Source of the DNA: Chromera velia
Taxonomy: Eukaryota
Length of the DNA: 56,989 nt
NCBI GenBank assembly: GCA_018398765.1
Contig: JAHBMJ010000100.1
Coordinates: 1-56,989 of the forward strand
Direction of reading: 5' to 3'
Of the stretch, positions 44,600 to 56,015 are shown piece by piece. Each line of letters begins with the position of its first letter. The stretch's first letter is position 1. The translations under genes were made by a program, and so were the position numbers. Below the pieces are notes generated by a model, which saw only the letters and a list, made by a program, of their open reading frames with translations, did no database searches and was not told the origin of the DNA.

Positions 44600-47500
44600 T
44601 CATCTGATCTTTCGATTCATTGATTCATACGTCAGCCACTTACCTGAAGGCTGATGGTACACATATACTCATACATGAATACTCATCATGCATTCCGCAC
44701 GGAGGCTTTTCGCAGGCTGCTGCTGCCATGCCCGGTGAGAGGGGTATTTTGGCAGCACGAGGCGCATCGCCTTCATCATATCTTCCTGCAAGTCGGCAAG
44801 GAGTTTGGTGGGATACGGTGGTTTCTTGCCAAATACGACTTCGTATGGACTCTGTCCGATGCTTGTCTGATAGGTGCTGTTGTGGTTCCATGCTGTAAAG
44901 CAAAGAAGGTCGTCCCAATCCCTACGTTTTCCTCTACATAATTTGATATGGCATTCTTGATGTCTTCGTTTATTCTCTCTACCCTCCCTTGTATCTCAGG
45001 AGAGTATACAGTGGAAAGAACTCTCTTTAAGCCGACGAGAACGTTGACGGCAAGAACAACGGGGTCGAAGAGACTCGTGCTTCTATTGGACTGCAACTTC
45101 AACGGAGCTCCGAAGCGGGTGTCACTTAGTAAATTTTGTACAAGCACTCGTGCGATAGTGGTTGCCTTCAGATCTTTCAGAGGGACCAATTCTATCCATT
45201 TACTGGACAGACAGAGGATTGAGAGAATGTGTTTGTTTCCGCGGTCTGTAGTAGGAAGAGGACCAATACAATCGAAAGAGAAGCTTTCAAGTGGAGCATC
45301 AGTAAGGACTTGGGGTTCGTATGGGTGCAGTTCTTTCGCTCTTTTTCTTCTCTGGCACTCTCGGCATGTGTGAATGAATCCGTAGACGTCGGAGTATATG
45401 CCGTCCCAGTAGTAGCGTTCGGAAAGAGACTGGATGGTGCAATGAATACCGCAGTGCATGGCTAGCAAGTGACTGGTTGTCTTTCAGAAGTTGTTCCCTC
45501 ATGCTCTTTGGGATGGAAAGAAGGAATCTGACTCGTTTCTAATGCCCGTTCACAGGTGGCAGAATCCGAAGGAGGAGGCCATCGTGCAAGTTGTAGAGTG
45601 GAGTTTGTGAGACGAGACGGATTCGTTCGTGATAGGTCAGTTTGGGAGGAATTCTTTTCTCTTCGATGCAGCGAATCATTCGGTTGAGTTCTGTGTCTTC
45701 CCTTTGTGCTGCTTTGACTTCTTCTACTGAGTGGGGTGCAGTGAGGAGAGGAGCTGGCAAGGGCTTGCTTAGAGAAGATTTCTCCGTTTTCTTTCCCTTT
45801 TTCTTCTTATCTTTCTCTTCTGTTTCCATCCCCTCTCCTTCCTTCTCGTCTTTCTATACTTGTCCTACTTTATGCACTGCAATCACAACCGAATCGTCAG
45901 AGTCGGAATCATCTCTTTCTGATGGATCTCGTTCATTCACAAAGCACTCTTTGGTTAGGGAGTCTGTATCCTGGTGAGACTTTCCTGCTTTGTACACAAC
46001 CTTGAAATCATATCCAGCGAGCTAGAGAGACATTCTCATGAGTCTGGAGTTTGTATCTTGTTGTTTTTTCAACCACTCAAGAGCTCTGTGATCTGTCTTT
46101 ACAATGAATTGTCGACCCTACAACCACTGTTTGTACTTGTTGATTCCAAAAAGGATACTCTGTTACTCCAGTTCAGAAATATACCAAGATCTCTCGAGGC
46201 TATTCAACCGTCGTGAAGCGTAGGCAATCACATGCTCTCCCCTTCCGTCCTCTCTTTCTTGTTTCAAAATTGCAGACAACGCCTAGTTGGAGGCATCACA
46301 GCTGAGGATGAATGGAGCGTTCAAGCAGAACGGGCAAAGAGGTCAGGATGGATTTCAGGTGGTCGAATGACTGTTGCTCTGTTTCCCCCCATTTGAATTT
46401 TTGATCTTTTCGGGTGAGGTTGTAGAGAAGACTTGCATGCTTTGCATAGTTCTCTACATAGTGATGAAAGAAGCTTGTCAAACCAAGAAATCCTCTTACT
46501 TCTTTCACGTTTGTTAGAGGTCTGGCCTTCCGTATGCATTCTGTTTTCTCGGGTGAAGGAGAAATGCCGTTTTCATTCACAACGAAACCGAGATAGGTGC
46601 ATTCTTTCTGTCCGAAGGAGCATTTCGAGAACACTAACTTTACCCCCACTTTCTGTAGTCTTGTGAGCACTGCGTGAAGATCTTGGAAGTGCAGCTGTTC
46701 GAGTGTTGGAGAGCTAACAAGCAGATCATTCATGTAGCAGTGCACATGCACATGTTCCCATGAGACCTGCAAGCAATTTGTCCATTGTCAACTGCAGAAG
46801 GGCTGGTCTGCACTGAATTCCAAAGGGCACCCGCAAAAATCAGAACGAGCCCCGGTGGCAGGCAAAGGTGAGCTTGTGGGTGTCGTTTTCCTTTACGTTG
46901 AGTTGGATGAACGCCTGAGTCAAGTCAATAACTGAGAAGACTCGTTTGTTCTGCAACTGTCCCATGATGTCATAAATATGTGGAAGAGGCCATTTGATTT
47001 TCTTGAGACGGAAGTTCAGTGCCCGAAGGTCAACGCAAAGTCTGACTTTTCTGTTTTTCTTGCGAACGCAGACGAGAAGAACGGACCACTCACTGAAACT
47101 TTCCTTTATTATTCCCTTCTCCAGCCATTCATCGATCTGCTCGTTGACATCTTCTCTCATTGCTAGAGGCATCTGTCTGGGACGTACATAGACAGAGCCT
47201 TCCGTTTCCGTTTTTATGGATGCCTCAACACCTGTTAAAGTCCCTAGATTTCTCTTTGTCGGATAGAGAGAAATGAATTATCTCAACAGAGTTTCTAGTC
47301 TGTCTTTATCTTTCTCTAATAAATTTGTTGCCTTTTTCACTGCCTCTTTGATTTCTTTTTCGGCTTGCTCCCTCTCTTTGGGCAGCAGCTCGTCCGTTTT
47401 ATTCACTTCTTTTCCCGGTATCTCTTTTGTTTCCCCCCCTATACCTGAAATCGTGCAGTCTTGCTTTCCCGTCTTGACAATGTTTGGCAGATAAAAACAG

Positions 47501-48207
47501 AAATAGGCATGGTAGTCCGATTCATCAGCAGTGCAGATCATTGTGTGGGCCAAGAAAAAGTTAGGGGGTAAGGAGAAGGGAGATTGCATCGCATTCATGA
47601 CAGGCACATGAACGCATCGGTCATCTACTTCCGCCACTGTATCCTGCACCTTGATTCTTGCAGGCATAAATCTGGTCCTTCGGCCTTCGACAAGTATATG
47701 TGCTCCATTGGGTATGAGGGAGTCATCTGGCAACCGGACTATGAGAAGAGAGGTTTGTTTCGGAGGGAGAACAGCTTTCTTTTGGAGAAAGAGAGGGTTA
47801 GGTTCAAACGCTCTTTCCCTGTTGAGTCTTTCCATTAGGTAGAGAGGCACTTCTTTCTTCTCTTCCCCTTGATTCGCTTTCAGTGTTAATACGTCTGGGT
47901 TGAATTCCAAGGAAAGAGAATGACTTACAAGGAAGTCTCGACCAAGAATGCAGCTATGTCTAATGGAGGAGGAAACAAAGAACTTTTGTCTCTTTTTCTC
48001 TCCACTAATGTAGATGGGCAAAGCAATGCAACCTTCATTACTTAATTCCTTTCCCCCTTCATTTTTGATAGATAGAGGAATTCTGTATAATAAGAGGTGT
48101 GGATATTCTCTCTGCATCTGCTGGAATACCCTTGCGTGCAGCAGACTGATGTCAGCACCTGAATCGACTAACGCAGGAACGAGGAAGGAGTCAGATTGCA
48201 TGAACAA
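44600..48207 (-). pseudogene. pol: Gypsy pol (protease, RT, RNase H, integrase), frameshifted and with stops
   Basis: Protease ALVDSGADISL. RT motifs RLCVDLRALN, IDLTQAFIQL and YMNDLLV. VRGFLGL. Integrase H..HCG..CREC, SFDCIGPLP and QGRVERIN. Confidence 0.92.
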
Positions 48208-48319
48208 GATGGCGGAGCCAACACCAGGTAAGGTAAGAGAGACATAAGCAACGCATGCATTTTGTTTGTTCTCATGGTTATGTGTAATTCCCTTTCCCTT
48301 TTCTTTCTGTGATTCTACC

Positions 48320-50256
48320 TAGGATTCCACGGTCGTAGTTTGGGCCTTGTTGGTCACCTGCGGTCGGCCCTGGAACCCTTTTGTTCCGCTTGCAGACGCT
48401 TCAGTGTTTTTGCTGTTGCTGGAAGGGTCTTGGATTGGGGTTGGCGGCTGTTTGGTTTGCCCCAGTGGCGAACGGAGGTGGGCGAGGTCCTTGGTTTTGG
48501 TTCCATCTACCGTAGCCCTGTGTGTGTGGAGGAGTGATTTGGGGTGGTCTTCTGTTCAGGTTGAAAGGCTGGTTAAATTTTTGGCGGGGTGGAGGGTTGT
48601 TGAAGTTTTTGAATGGTTTGTTTTGTTGGTACGGTTGTGCGAGTCTGGCTGCGAATGGGTTTGGTCTTCCCCCGTTGCTAAAAGGTCTTTCTGATCTAGA
48701 GCTCATGCGCAGTCCCAGTTGTTTAACCCGTTTGAGTGCGCGATAGGCAGCCTGAATATGCCCTTTTTTGAAGCAGTAGTTGCATTCGATCGTAAAAGAA
48801 AGCAAACACCCTTCTGGCGTGTGACCTTACATGCCAGCACATCGGTTGCAATGCGCTTTCTCATGTGCAATATTGGTGACAAAGCTTGCGATGTCTGCAG
48901 CGAAACAGAATCTATCAGACACGACTCGGTTCTGGTCCTAGGTTGAAGTTCTCGTAGGATTCGTGTGTGGTTGTGGTATCTGCCCGTCCAACAGTGGGGG
49001 TCTTATTTGGTGGCTCCACGAGGAGAGAGACTGGTAGGTCATGGGTGGATGCTCTTGATGGGTTGGTGGAAGAAAAGGAACACCCAATGGCATCTCATCG
49101 AGACCTTCTTGGCCTTCTTCTACTTTCATGGCTAAGACATGACAAGAGACACTCGGAGCAACGAATGTGTATGTTTTTGCATCTTAAAAGACAGATATTA
49201 GAAAGAGGAGTAGGCCTTTGTACGGAGGGCAACTCGTACGGTTTCGTTGGAGAGTCCTTTGATGAAGTGTTTGAAAATGTTGGATGAATCGATGTCCTTT
49301 CCGCTTTCATTGCAGAGGGTGCGGTACCTGCTCGCAAAGTCGTCCAGAGATTCGGTCAGTTTCTGTTTGAGACAGAGCAGTCTTTCATCTGCTGAGTCCT
49401 GATCTGTTTCAGTTAGCTGGCATTCCTTGAAGAACAGATCAGTGAGTTGCTCAAGGTTGGTGATAAGGAGCACTCGCGTCTGAGGCAACTGGTCGTACCA
49501 GGTCTTTGCTTTTCCTGCGAGGGTAGAGGGAAAACAGATGTCACAGAAGTCAAGAAAGTCCCATCTCATACGATTGTACAGTCGTAGCAGTCTCCCCCAA
49601 TAGGCCTTTGCTTGAGTTCGATCACCGGAGAAGGAAGGCAAATCTATCTTCACCTTTGGCATGTCTCTGCTCTGGAGGTTCGGTGGTGGGAGTCGGAATT
49701 CCTGACTAGCAGATGCACGCTGTGCACCTGCGATTCCTCCAACGACTATGACAAGGTTTCCTTGCTCGTCAACTCTGAAAATCACTCCTTAATTTTGCAG
49801 GTTGATGAATATCCTTGGGTCGATGCTCTGGAGAGCAATTCCCGTGCTTGCTGCTCCTTGAGGGGGCTGAGCGATCGGAGGCGCTGCTGCGGCTGCTAGC
49901 AGTGCAGGAGCTGCTGCTTGTTGGTTTGGGGCTCCTTGCTGGTTTTTGGCAGCATTTGCTTCAACATCTACCATCTAAACATCTCCTTGGGCGTCATGGT
50001 TGGCTTTTGCTACTTGTGGGTGAAGAGGCAGATTCTGCTGGATAGGGTTCGGTTGTGGATCTCCCTGGGGAGGAGGCCCATCAGGTTGGTGATCGTTGTT
50101 CATACCTAAGTTTTGGGGTAGCAGATGGGCTGCTTTAGCTTTCGGCTGAGCTTTAGCTTTTACTGCTTCCTTCGGCTTGGGTTGTGCCTTAGGTTTGGGT
50201 TGTGGGTCCATCTGTACTTTCGGTTGTGCCTTTGCTTTTGCCTTTACTTGTCGCAT
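48320..50256 (-). pseudogene. gag: Gypsy gag with two degenerate zinc knuckles
   Basis: ORFs 50256-49975, 49974-49789 and 49785-49198 are in one frame separated by single stops. Retrotransposon-gag motifs LPSFSGD, LAGKAKTWY and LKQ..ESLDDF. Knuckles CNRC...GH...C and CNYCFKKGHIQAAY. Confidence 0.8.
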
Positions 50257-50974
50257 CGTGAGAAGAGCAGTGGAGACAGGGATCAGTTAAGCAAGACCAG
50301 CGGCTGTTAGAGATAAGATACGGGGGTAGAAGGAAGTGTTTCTGGTCTATGTACTTTTCTTGCTGTGAGGTGTTGAGACCGAGTGCCTTGAGTGTTCGTG
50401 AAGACTGACGGTTGTGTGCCCACATGCAGTAAGTGTACTGATCCAATAAGAAGACTTTCTCGTTCTCTGGACTCTTGATGAAGTCGGAGTTTCTTTTGAG
50501 GGTTCTCTCTATCAGAAGACATGCTTGTTTGTTTCTATCAGAAAAGGGCAAATAGAGAGGTTCTCCCAGAAGAACAAATCTTGAAGCCTTCTTTGCACGG
50601 AAAGAAGTCTGATCGAAATCGATAGGTGGTCTCTTCAATATGGATGGCTCTTGATCACAGTTGCTTGGCAGGGTATATCGGTCAATTTTTCCTGTTTGTG
50701 GTTGAATTTTCTGCAGCGCTTCGCGGTCAGGTGCTGTTTTGTCGTAAATCTTCTCAAAGGGAAAGGAGGGATATACAGGAAGAATTTGGGCAGCGCTCCG
50801 CGGTTGGGTTTTGTTCTGAGAGAAGTCTTCAGCAAAGTCCTGGATGTCTGCTTGGGAGCGGAGATCAATCACGGTGACATCACTGTTGGACAGGGAAGAA
50901 GGAGGGAACGAAGGCTTCACGGTGGTAGTGAAGTTGCTGTCGTAAGTTTGGCAAGCCGGAGATGGCAGGATCAA
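50189..50974 (-). other. Additional ORF upstream of gag, unknown product
   Basis: 261-aa non-repetitive ORF between the PBS and gag. No recognisable motif. Confidence 0.4.
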
Positions 50975-51298
50975 GAGGAGCTACTCGGGACCAGGTTTTG
51001 ATCAGCTTCTTGTTGAAGGGGCACCAGTGCTTAGGCTTCGGCACGGCCAAGTCAAGAGGATGAAGGTGTGTCTGGATGTGGAGCACTCGTAGGTGTCTGT
51101 TTCTGAAGGACAGGTACAGACCGAAGAGCTCGATCTTCCCTTTCTTGCGGCGGTTCGGTTCCTTGGTCAGAAAAAGGGTAGTGGAAGATGCCTGGATGCT
51201 CGGAGAGGAACTCGCTTCTTCTGTCGTTTTGGCAGAGCTTGTTGTGCTTCAGGTTAGAAGAGTTGGAGAGTTTGACTCTCGTTGGCGATGTCACCACG

Positions 51299-52085
51299 TG
51301 TTCTATACTCCTCCGACGTGGTTGGTCAGAAGGAGACAGAATGAATATAAAGGGCGCTTATAAGTATGTTAGAAGATCTGACATATCGGTATATGCAATT
51401 AAGGTGCTGTATCGGTTAAGGGTCTATTAAACGTTCAGTACTGGCTCTACTGTATCGGTAGTGTTTGTTAGTATGCGTATCGGTCTAGAAAGTTCGATGC
51501 TGGATGCTGGGTTCAGTCTTCGCCAAGTCTGGAGGATGCTTAGAGACTTCAATTAATTGGATGCTCAAGTCAAATCTGGAGTCAACTCTCAATCAGGAAA
51601 TTTTTAAATCGGATCACGTGATACTCATTCCAAGATTTTCTTTGATTTGATCTGTGCATACCATAAAATTTATAATTGCTGTTTGATAATGTGGTGCATT
51701 ACCTTTGTAATGCGATGCCCTAGGCGATGCCTTACAATGTAATGCAGTGACTTGCATTTGGCCTGTATCAAAACATAAAATACGCATACCTGAATTAAAA
51801 GTAATACAATGGCTTACATTTGGCCCCGGAAAGCAAATTATACATGCACATACTTATTCCTTTAAAATTGTAAAAGTAATGCAATCGGGGTTCGAATCGG
51901 TGACTCTTTGATTTTTAATTCTGAACCCTAACCAATATGCTATCATGGAGCGCCGAACTAGCGAAATTCATTTTGCTAATTATTAATAATAAATTGAAAG
52001 TATTTCATTATATTAAAAAAAAAAAACAGTGATCTAAATCTAGAATATTTTAGAACCTAAATTCACTTTAAAGTTCAAAAGAACA
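51299..52085 (-). repeat. Gypsy 5' LTR
   Basis: tgttc...gaaca termini, adjacent to the PBS-like sequence. Confidence 0.93.
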
Positions 52086-52242
52086 GTGTTTTGCTAGCTA
52101 GTAGTCCTAAAGTTCGGCCGCTTTAGGTGAACATTTGCTAGCGTGCTCCTAGCTTGCAATATGATATGAATGCTCACAGATTGCCCTTTGCCATTGGGAT
52201 AGGATGGCTGGCGGGTTAAGTCACCTCATCATCATCATCATC

Positions 52243-52342
52243 AGTTAATTAGTTTAGTTGTGACTGACTTAATTAAAGACCTATTTAAAAATTAATTAAA
52301 ATTTTTTAAAAAAAAAATAAAGTTTGGAGGGCAAAAAGAAAC
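52243..52342. repeat. Right copy of the ~100-bp direct repeat (probable LINE TSD)
   Basis: Begins immediately after the (CAT)n tail and matches 37419-37517. Confidence 0.85.
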
Positions 52343-52499
52343 TTTCACAAAAAAAAACTTTAAAACTTTAGTGTCTAACCCTAGTTCTCAACGGTAAAAC
52401 TTGAGGCCCGGCACTAGACCGCGGGGTGACCCAAAACATTTAATCTATTTTGAATCACTCCAAACTAGGTGCTGCACATAAAAAACTCGAGTGAGAGTG

Positions 52500-54636
52500 A
52501 AAAGAACGGACTGGTGGTGGAGAGAAAGGAAAGGAAGGAAACAGGGAGGTCTGGCAGGGCCTGTCATTTATTCCATGTACACCAAAGATATGCCTGCTGA
52601 AATAACAAGGAGAGCAAACAGAGAACTGGAGGGAGACAGACGATAGGCAGGAAGGATAAAGGTAAAGGTGGGTCTGCAGGGATGCACAGTGGACTTTGAC
52701 GCAGGTCTGTATGCAGACGATGCGTTTCTTGAGTTAAAGGAGGAAAAGGGTTTTAAGGCACTGCTGAAAGGAGTGGAAGGCTATACAAAAGACATAGAAG
52801 TTCCTCTTTCAACCAAGTCAAGATGGATGTTCTTCATGTGGAGGGAGGGGAGAGACTGGGAAAGAAGGAAGACATATAAGTTCAGTTTGGCTGGAGGGCT
52901 AGCCAGAGGAGAACTAAAAAGGGCATCTGAATACCCATACCTGGGCCTCTTGATAATAGACGACTGTTTGATAGAAAAAATGATGGATAAAAGATACAGA
53001 AAGACAGAAAGAGCTTTCTACTCCCTAAAAGCAAAGATAACAGTTGTAGATGAGCTACGTCCAAGTATTTGTTTTGAGTGGTTCAAACAAACAGTCAGGG
53101 CAGTTTGGCTATATGGCTGTGAAATCCACAGGGGCATAAAAAAGAGTTTCAAGAAATTTAACCAGTTACAGAGAAGGTTTGTGCCACAGTGAGGTGGGTA
53201 TTGGGTATACGAGAAAAAGAAAGCGTCATATCAACATATTTAGAGGAGGGTCTTCTTCCAATCAAGCTGGAGCCTCAGGTAGCAGATCGGACGCTGATAT
53301 GGAGGGTTACTGTTCTAAAAAAGAAAAGAGAATCCCCTGTCTTCCATGTGTTGATCGATGCAGTTCAGAGAGGAGTAGACAGTAGACTGAAGGGAAAGGA
53401 AATACATTCGTATGAGTTCTTTCTCCACTTAAAAGGGAGTGTAAGAGCGCTGTATGACAGAGATGAACACCCGTTTAAGATAAGAAGAGCACCAACATGG
53501 GCAGGCCAACAGCCTTCTTTTGAGACAAGAGACAGAATAGTTAGATCATTGAGAGAAAAAAACATAGATAAGATGGAAAAAAGAAAGAAGAAAGTGTTTA
53601 AGAGACAGGTAGAATAGACAATCAAAACATAAAAGAGAGAAGAACAGGTAAGACTAAGTCAGTTTGAGGAGGTTTCAGATTGACACAGAGGGGTTCAAAC
53701 TAGCGTTCAAAACGGAAATCGCCTTCATTTGTGGTCTTTCCTTGAGAAAGAAGAAAATGCAGAAAGAAACACTGGTGCACTCCGTGCATGCATCAGAAAA
53801 GAATATATTAGAAAAGCCTCCTCTTACTAGGCTAAGCCCTCTTGCTACACTGAGCCGGCGCTCTAGTCAGTATATAGAAGGATAGCAGCATTCAGACTTA
53901 GAGAAAGAAGCTTCACCATCATAAAAGGAAGAGTGCCGCAGAAAGGTAAACAGAGAGTGCCACTTGAGAAACGAATGTGTCCATTCTGTTTTGATTTGCT
54001 TGGCCTTTCAGTCCTCGAGGATGAGGTCCACGTGCTCACAGAATGCCCAGTGCACGAATGGGAAAGGAAGGAATGCATTGGCTATCTGGCATAAAGATGG
54101 ACAGACGAGAGGAACAAAAGAGCAAAGCATGTAAGAAAGTCAGAAGGGGATAGAAAAATTAACAAAATGGCCCTGTTCACCTTTTTGGTTGACAAAGTAG
54201 ACTACCATGTGAACACACTCATAAAAAGAATCTTGATGAGATGAATAGTGTGGGGGAGATATAAAGAGGAACTTAAGGATACTTTTCAAAATGTGACTAC
54301 CGAACAGCTTGCAGAAGTCCACAACAAAGAAGAGAAAGGGAAAAGAAACAGAGAGCCGCGTTCTAAGGTAAAAGATCTGATTGGTATGCTTTATTAGATG
54401 AAAAGAGTAAGAGAAACAGGCTCTGCACATAGGCATAAGGTTGCAAAAGTAATAGAGGATGCATGCTATCGCTCCACCTCTGCCCTCTGTCACTCTGTCT
54501 TTCACTCACGCACTTTGTCAGAAAAAATTAAGCATAACTTAATATTATCCCGGAACCATAATTCAACTGCATCTAGGCTTGGATTCAATATATACATATA
54601 TATATCTTTAGACTTTCCGTAATATAATAATATAAA
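52500..54636 (+). mobile_element. Second 5'-truncated decayed LINE (RT C-terminal half plus CCHC finger)
   Basis: GLYADDAFL, YPYLG and WLYGCE in 52668-53192. C-terminal CPFC...EDEVHVLTEC near 53975-54050. AT-rich end. Boundaries approximate. Confidence 0.8.
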
Positions 54637-54777
54637 CACTTCTCGTTTGGGGCTTTCCGGGGTTCTCGCACGCAGGGACTCCGTCAGGCGTCTCTTCTCG
54701 CATGCATTTTTGACTCACAAAATTTCTCATTGTTTCGTCTTGATCGATTGCTAGAATTGAACGTTTTTTTCCTCTGG
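54637..54777. repeat. Inverted copy of an internal LTR segment (reverse complement of 54921-55061)
   Basis: cacttctcgttt...cctctgg versus ccagagg...aaacgagaagtg, with few mismatches. Confidence 0.9.
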
Positions 54778-54791
54778 CCGGCACCACGAGA

Positions 54792-55954
54792 TGTTTGCTA
54801 GACTATAAGAACGAATATCTAGCTACACACGAAGACAGAAATAAAGACTCACGATGAAATCGATCCGTAGGTCCTTATTCCAGAGAAAGTCGTAACTGAG
54901 TGGCCAGCAGAGAGCCACTCCCAGAGGAAAAAAACGTTCAATTCTAGCAATCGATCAAGACAAAACAATGAGAAATTTTGTGAGTCAAAAATGCATGCAA
55001 GAGGAGACGCTTGACGGAGTCCCTGCGTGCGAGAACCCCGGAAAGCCCTAAACGAGAAGTGAAAGAGTTCCAGGGATGGCAATCACTTGCATAAACAATC
55101 GGGACTCAGCGTGCGTCACTCAATGTGCAATCACTGACAGGAGAGGCGAGCCGGGATCAGTCAAAGAGAGAGAAGCGCATGGAAAGATGAATATCATACG
55201 TGAAGCGAGCCGAAACAATGATGGCGCGCGCAGTATTTAAGGATCCGGATGGGGACTTACGCGCTTAAAAATCAATTCGCTCGGCGTGCGCCCCTTACCA
55301 AATGGAAAGAGAGAAAAGAAGTGCGCATCGACAAGCAAAAAAACAGGAGCAGCATGCTTCTGGAACATTACGCGAGATGTTTGCTAGACTATAAGAACGA
55401 ATATCTAGCTACACACGAAGACAGAAATAAAGACTCACGATGAAATCGATCCGTAGGTCCTTATTCCAGAGAAAGTCGTAACTGAGTGGCCAGCAGAGAG
55501 CCACTCCCAGAGGAAAAAAACGTTCAATTCTAGCAATCGATCAAGACGAAACAATGAGAAATTTTTGTGAGTCAAAAATGCATGCGAGAGGAGACGCCTG
55601 ACGGAGTCCTTGCGTGCGAGAACCCCAGAAAGCCCTAAACGAGAAGTGAAAGAGTTCTAGGGATGGCAATCACTTGCATAAACAATCAGGACTCAGCGTG
55701 CGTCACTCAATGTGCAATCACTGACAGGAGAGGCGAGCCGGGATCAGTCAAAGAGAGAGAAGTGCATGGAAAGATGAATATCATGCGTGAAGCGAGCCGA
55801 AACAATGATGGCGCACGCAGTATTTAAGGATCCGGATGGGGACTTACGCGCTTAAAAATCAATTCGCTTGGCATGCGCCCCTTACCAAATGGAAAGAGAG
55901 AAAAGAAGTGCGCATCGACAAGCAAAAAAACAAGAGCAGCATGCTTCTGGAACA
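54792..55954 (-). repeat. Two tandem copia LTRs (54792-55367 and 55378-55954) separated by 10 bp
   Basis: Each unit is tgtttgctag...ctggaaca (~576 bp) with few differences. A purine-rich tract precedes the LTR on the minus strand near 55973-55958. Confidence 0.88.
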
Positions 55955-56015
55955 TTATGTGGCTTCTTCTTTCTACAGCGGTAGCTGACAAAACCGGGAA
56001 ACAAACAAAACGCTC

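Larger units (their letters stand above)
38981..52085 (-). mobile_element. Full-length but decayed Ty3/gypsy LTR retrotransposon, 13.1 kb
   Basis: Two ~790-bp TG...CA LTRs and a 4-bp TSD gtgt (38977-38980, 52086-52089). PBS-like TGGTGACATC next to the 5' LTR (~51296-51287). PPT GAAAGGGGGATA next to the 3' LTR (39787-39776). Domain order gag-PR-RT-RH-INT. Confidence 0.95.
37518..52242 (+). mobile_element. 5'-truncated non-LTR retrotransposon (LINE), interrupted in its 3' UTR by the gypsy element
   Basis: RT fragment GYVDDL...YNKWGLTVNLKK...YRYLG at 37527-37919 and decayed coding sequence to ~38830. The 3' UTR resumes at 52086 and ends in a (CAT)n tail at ~52226-52242. Confidence 0.75.

Noticed and set aside
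52370..52390. Telomeric repeat or telomerase template (ctaaccct; similar at 37321 and in the LTRs)
   Set aside because: Isolated single occurrences with no tandem array.
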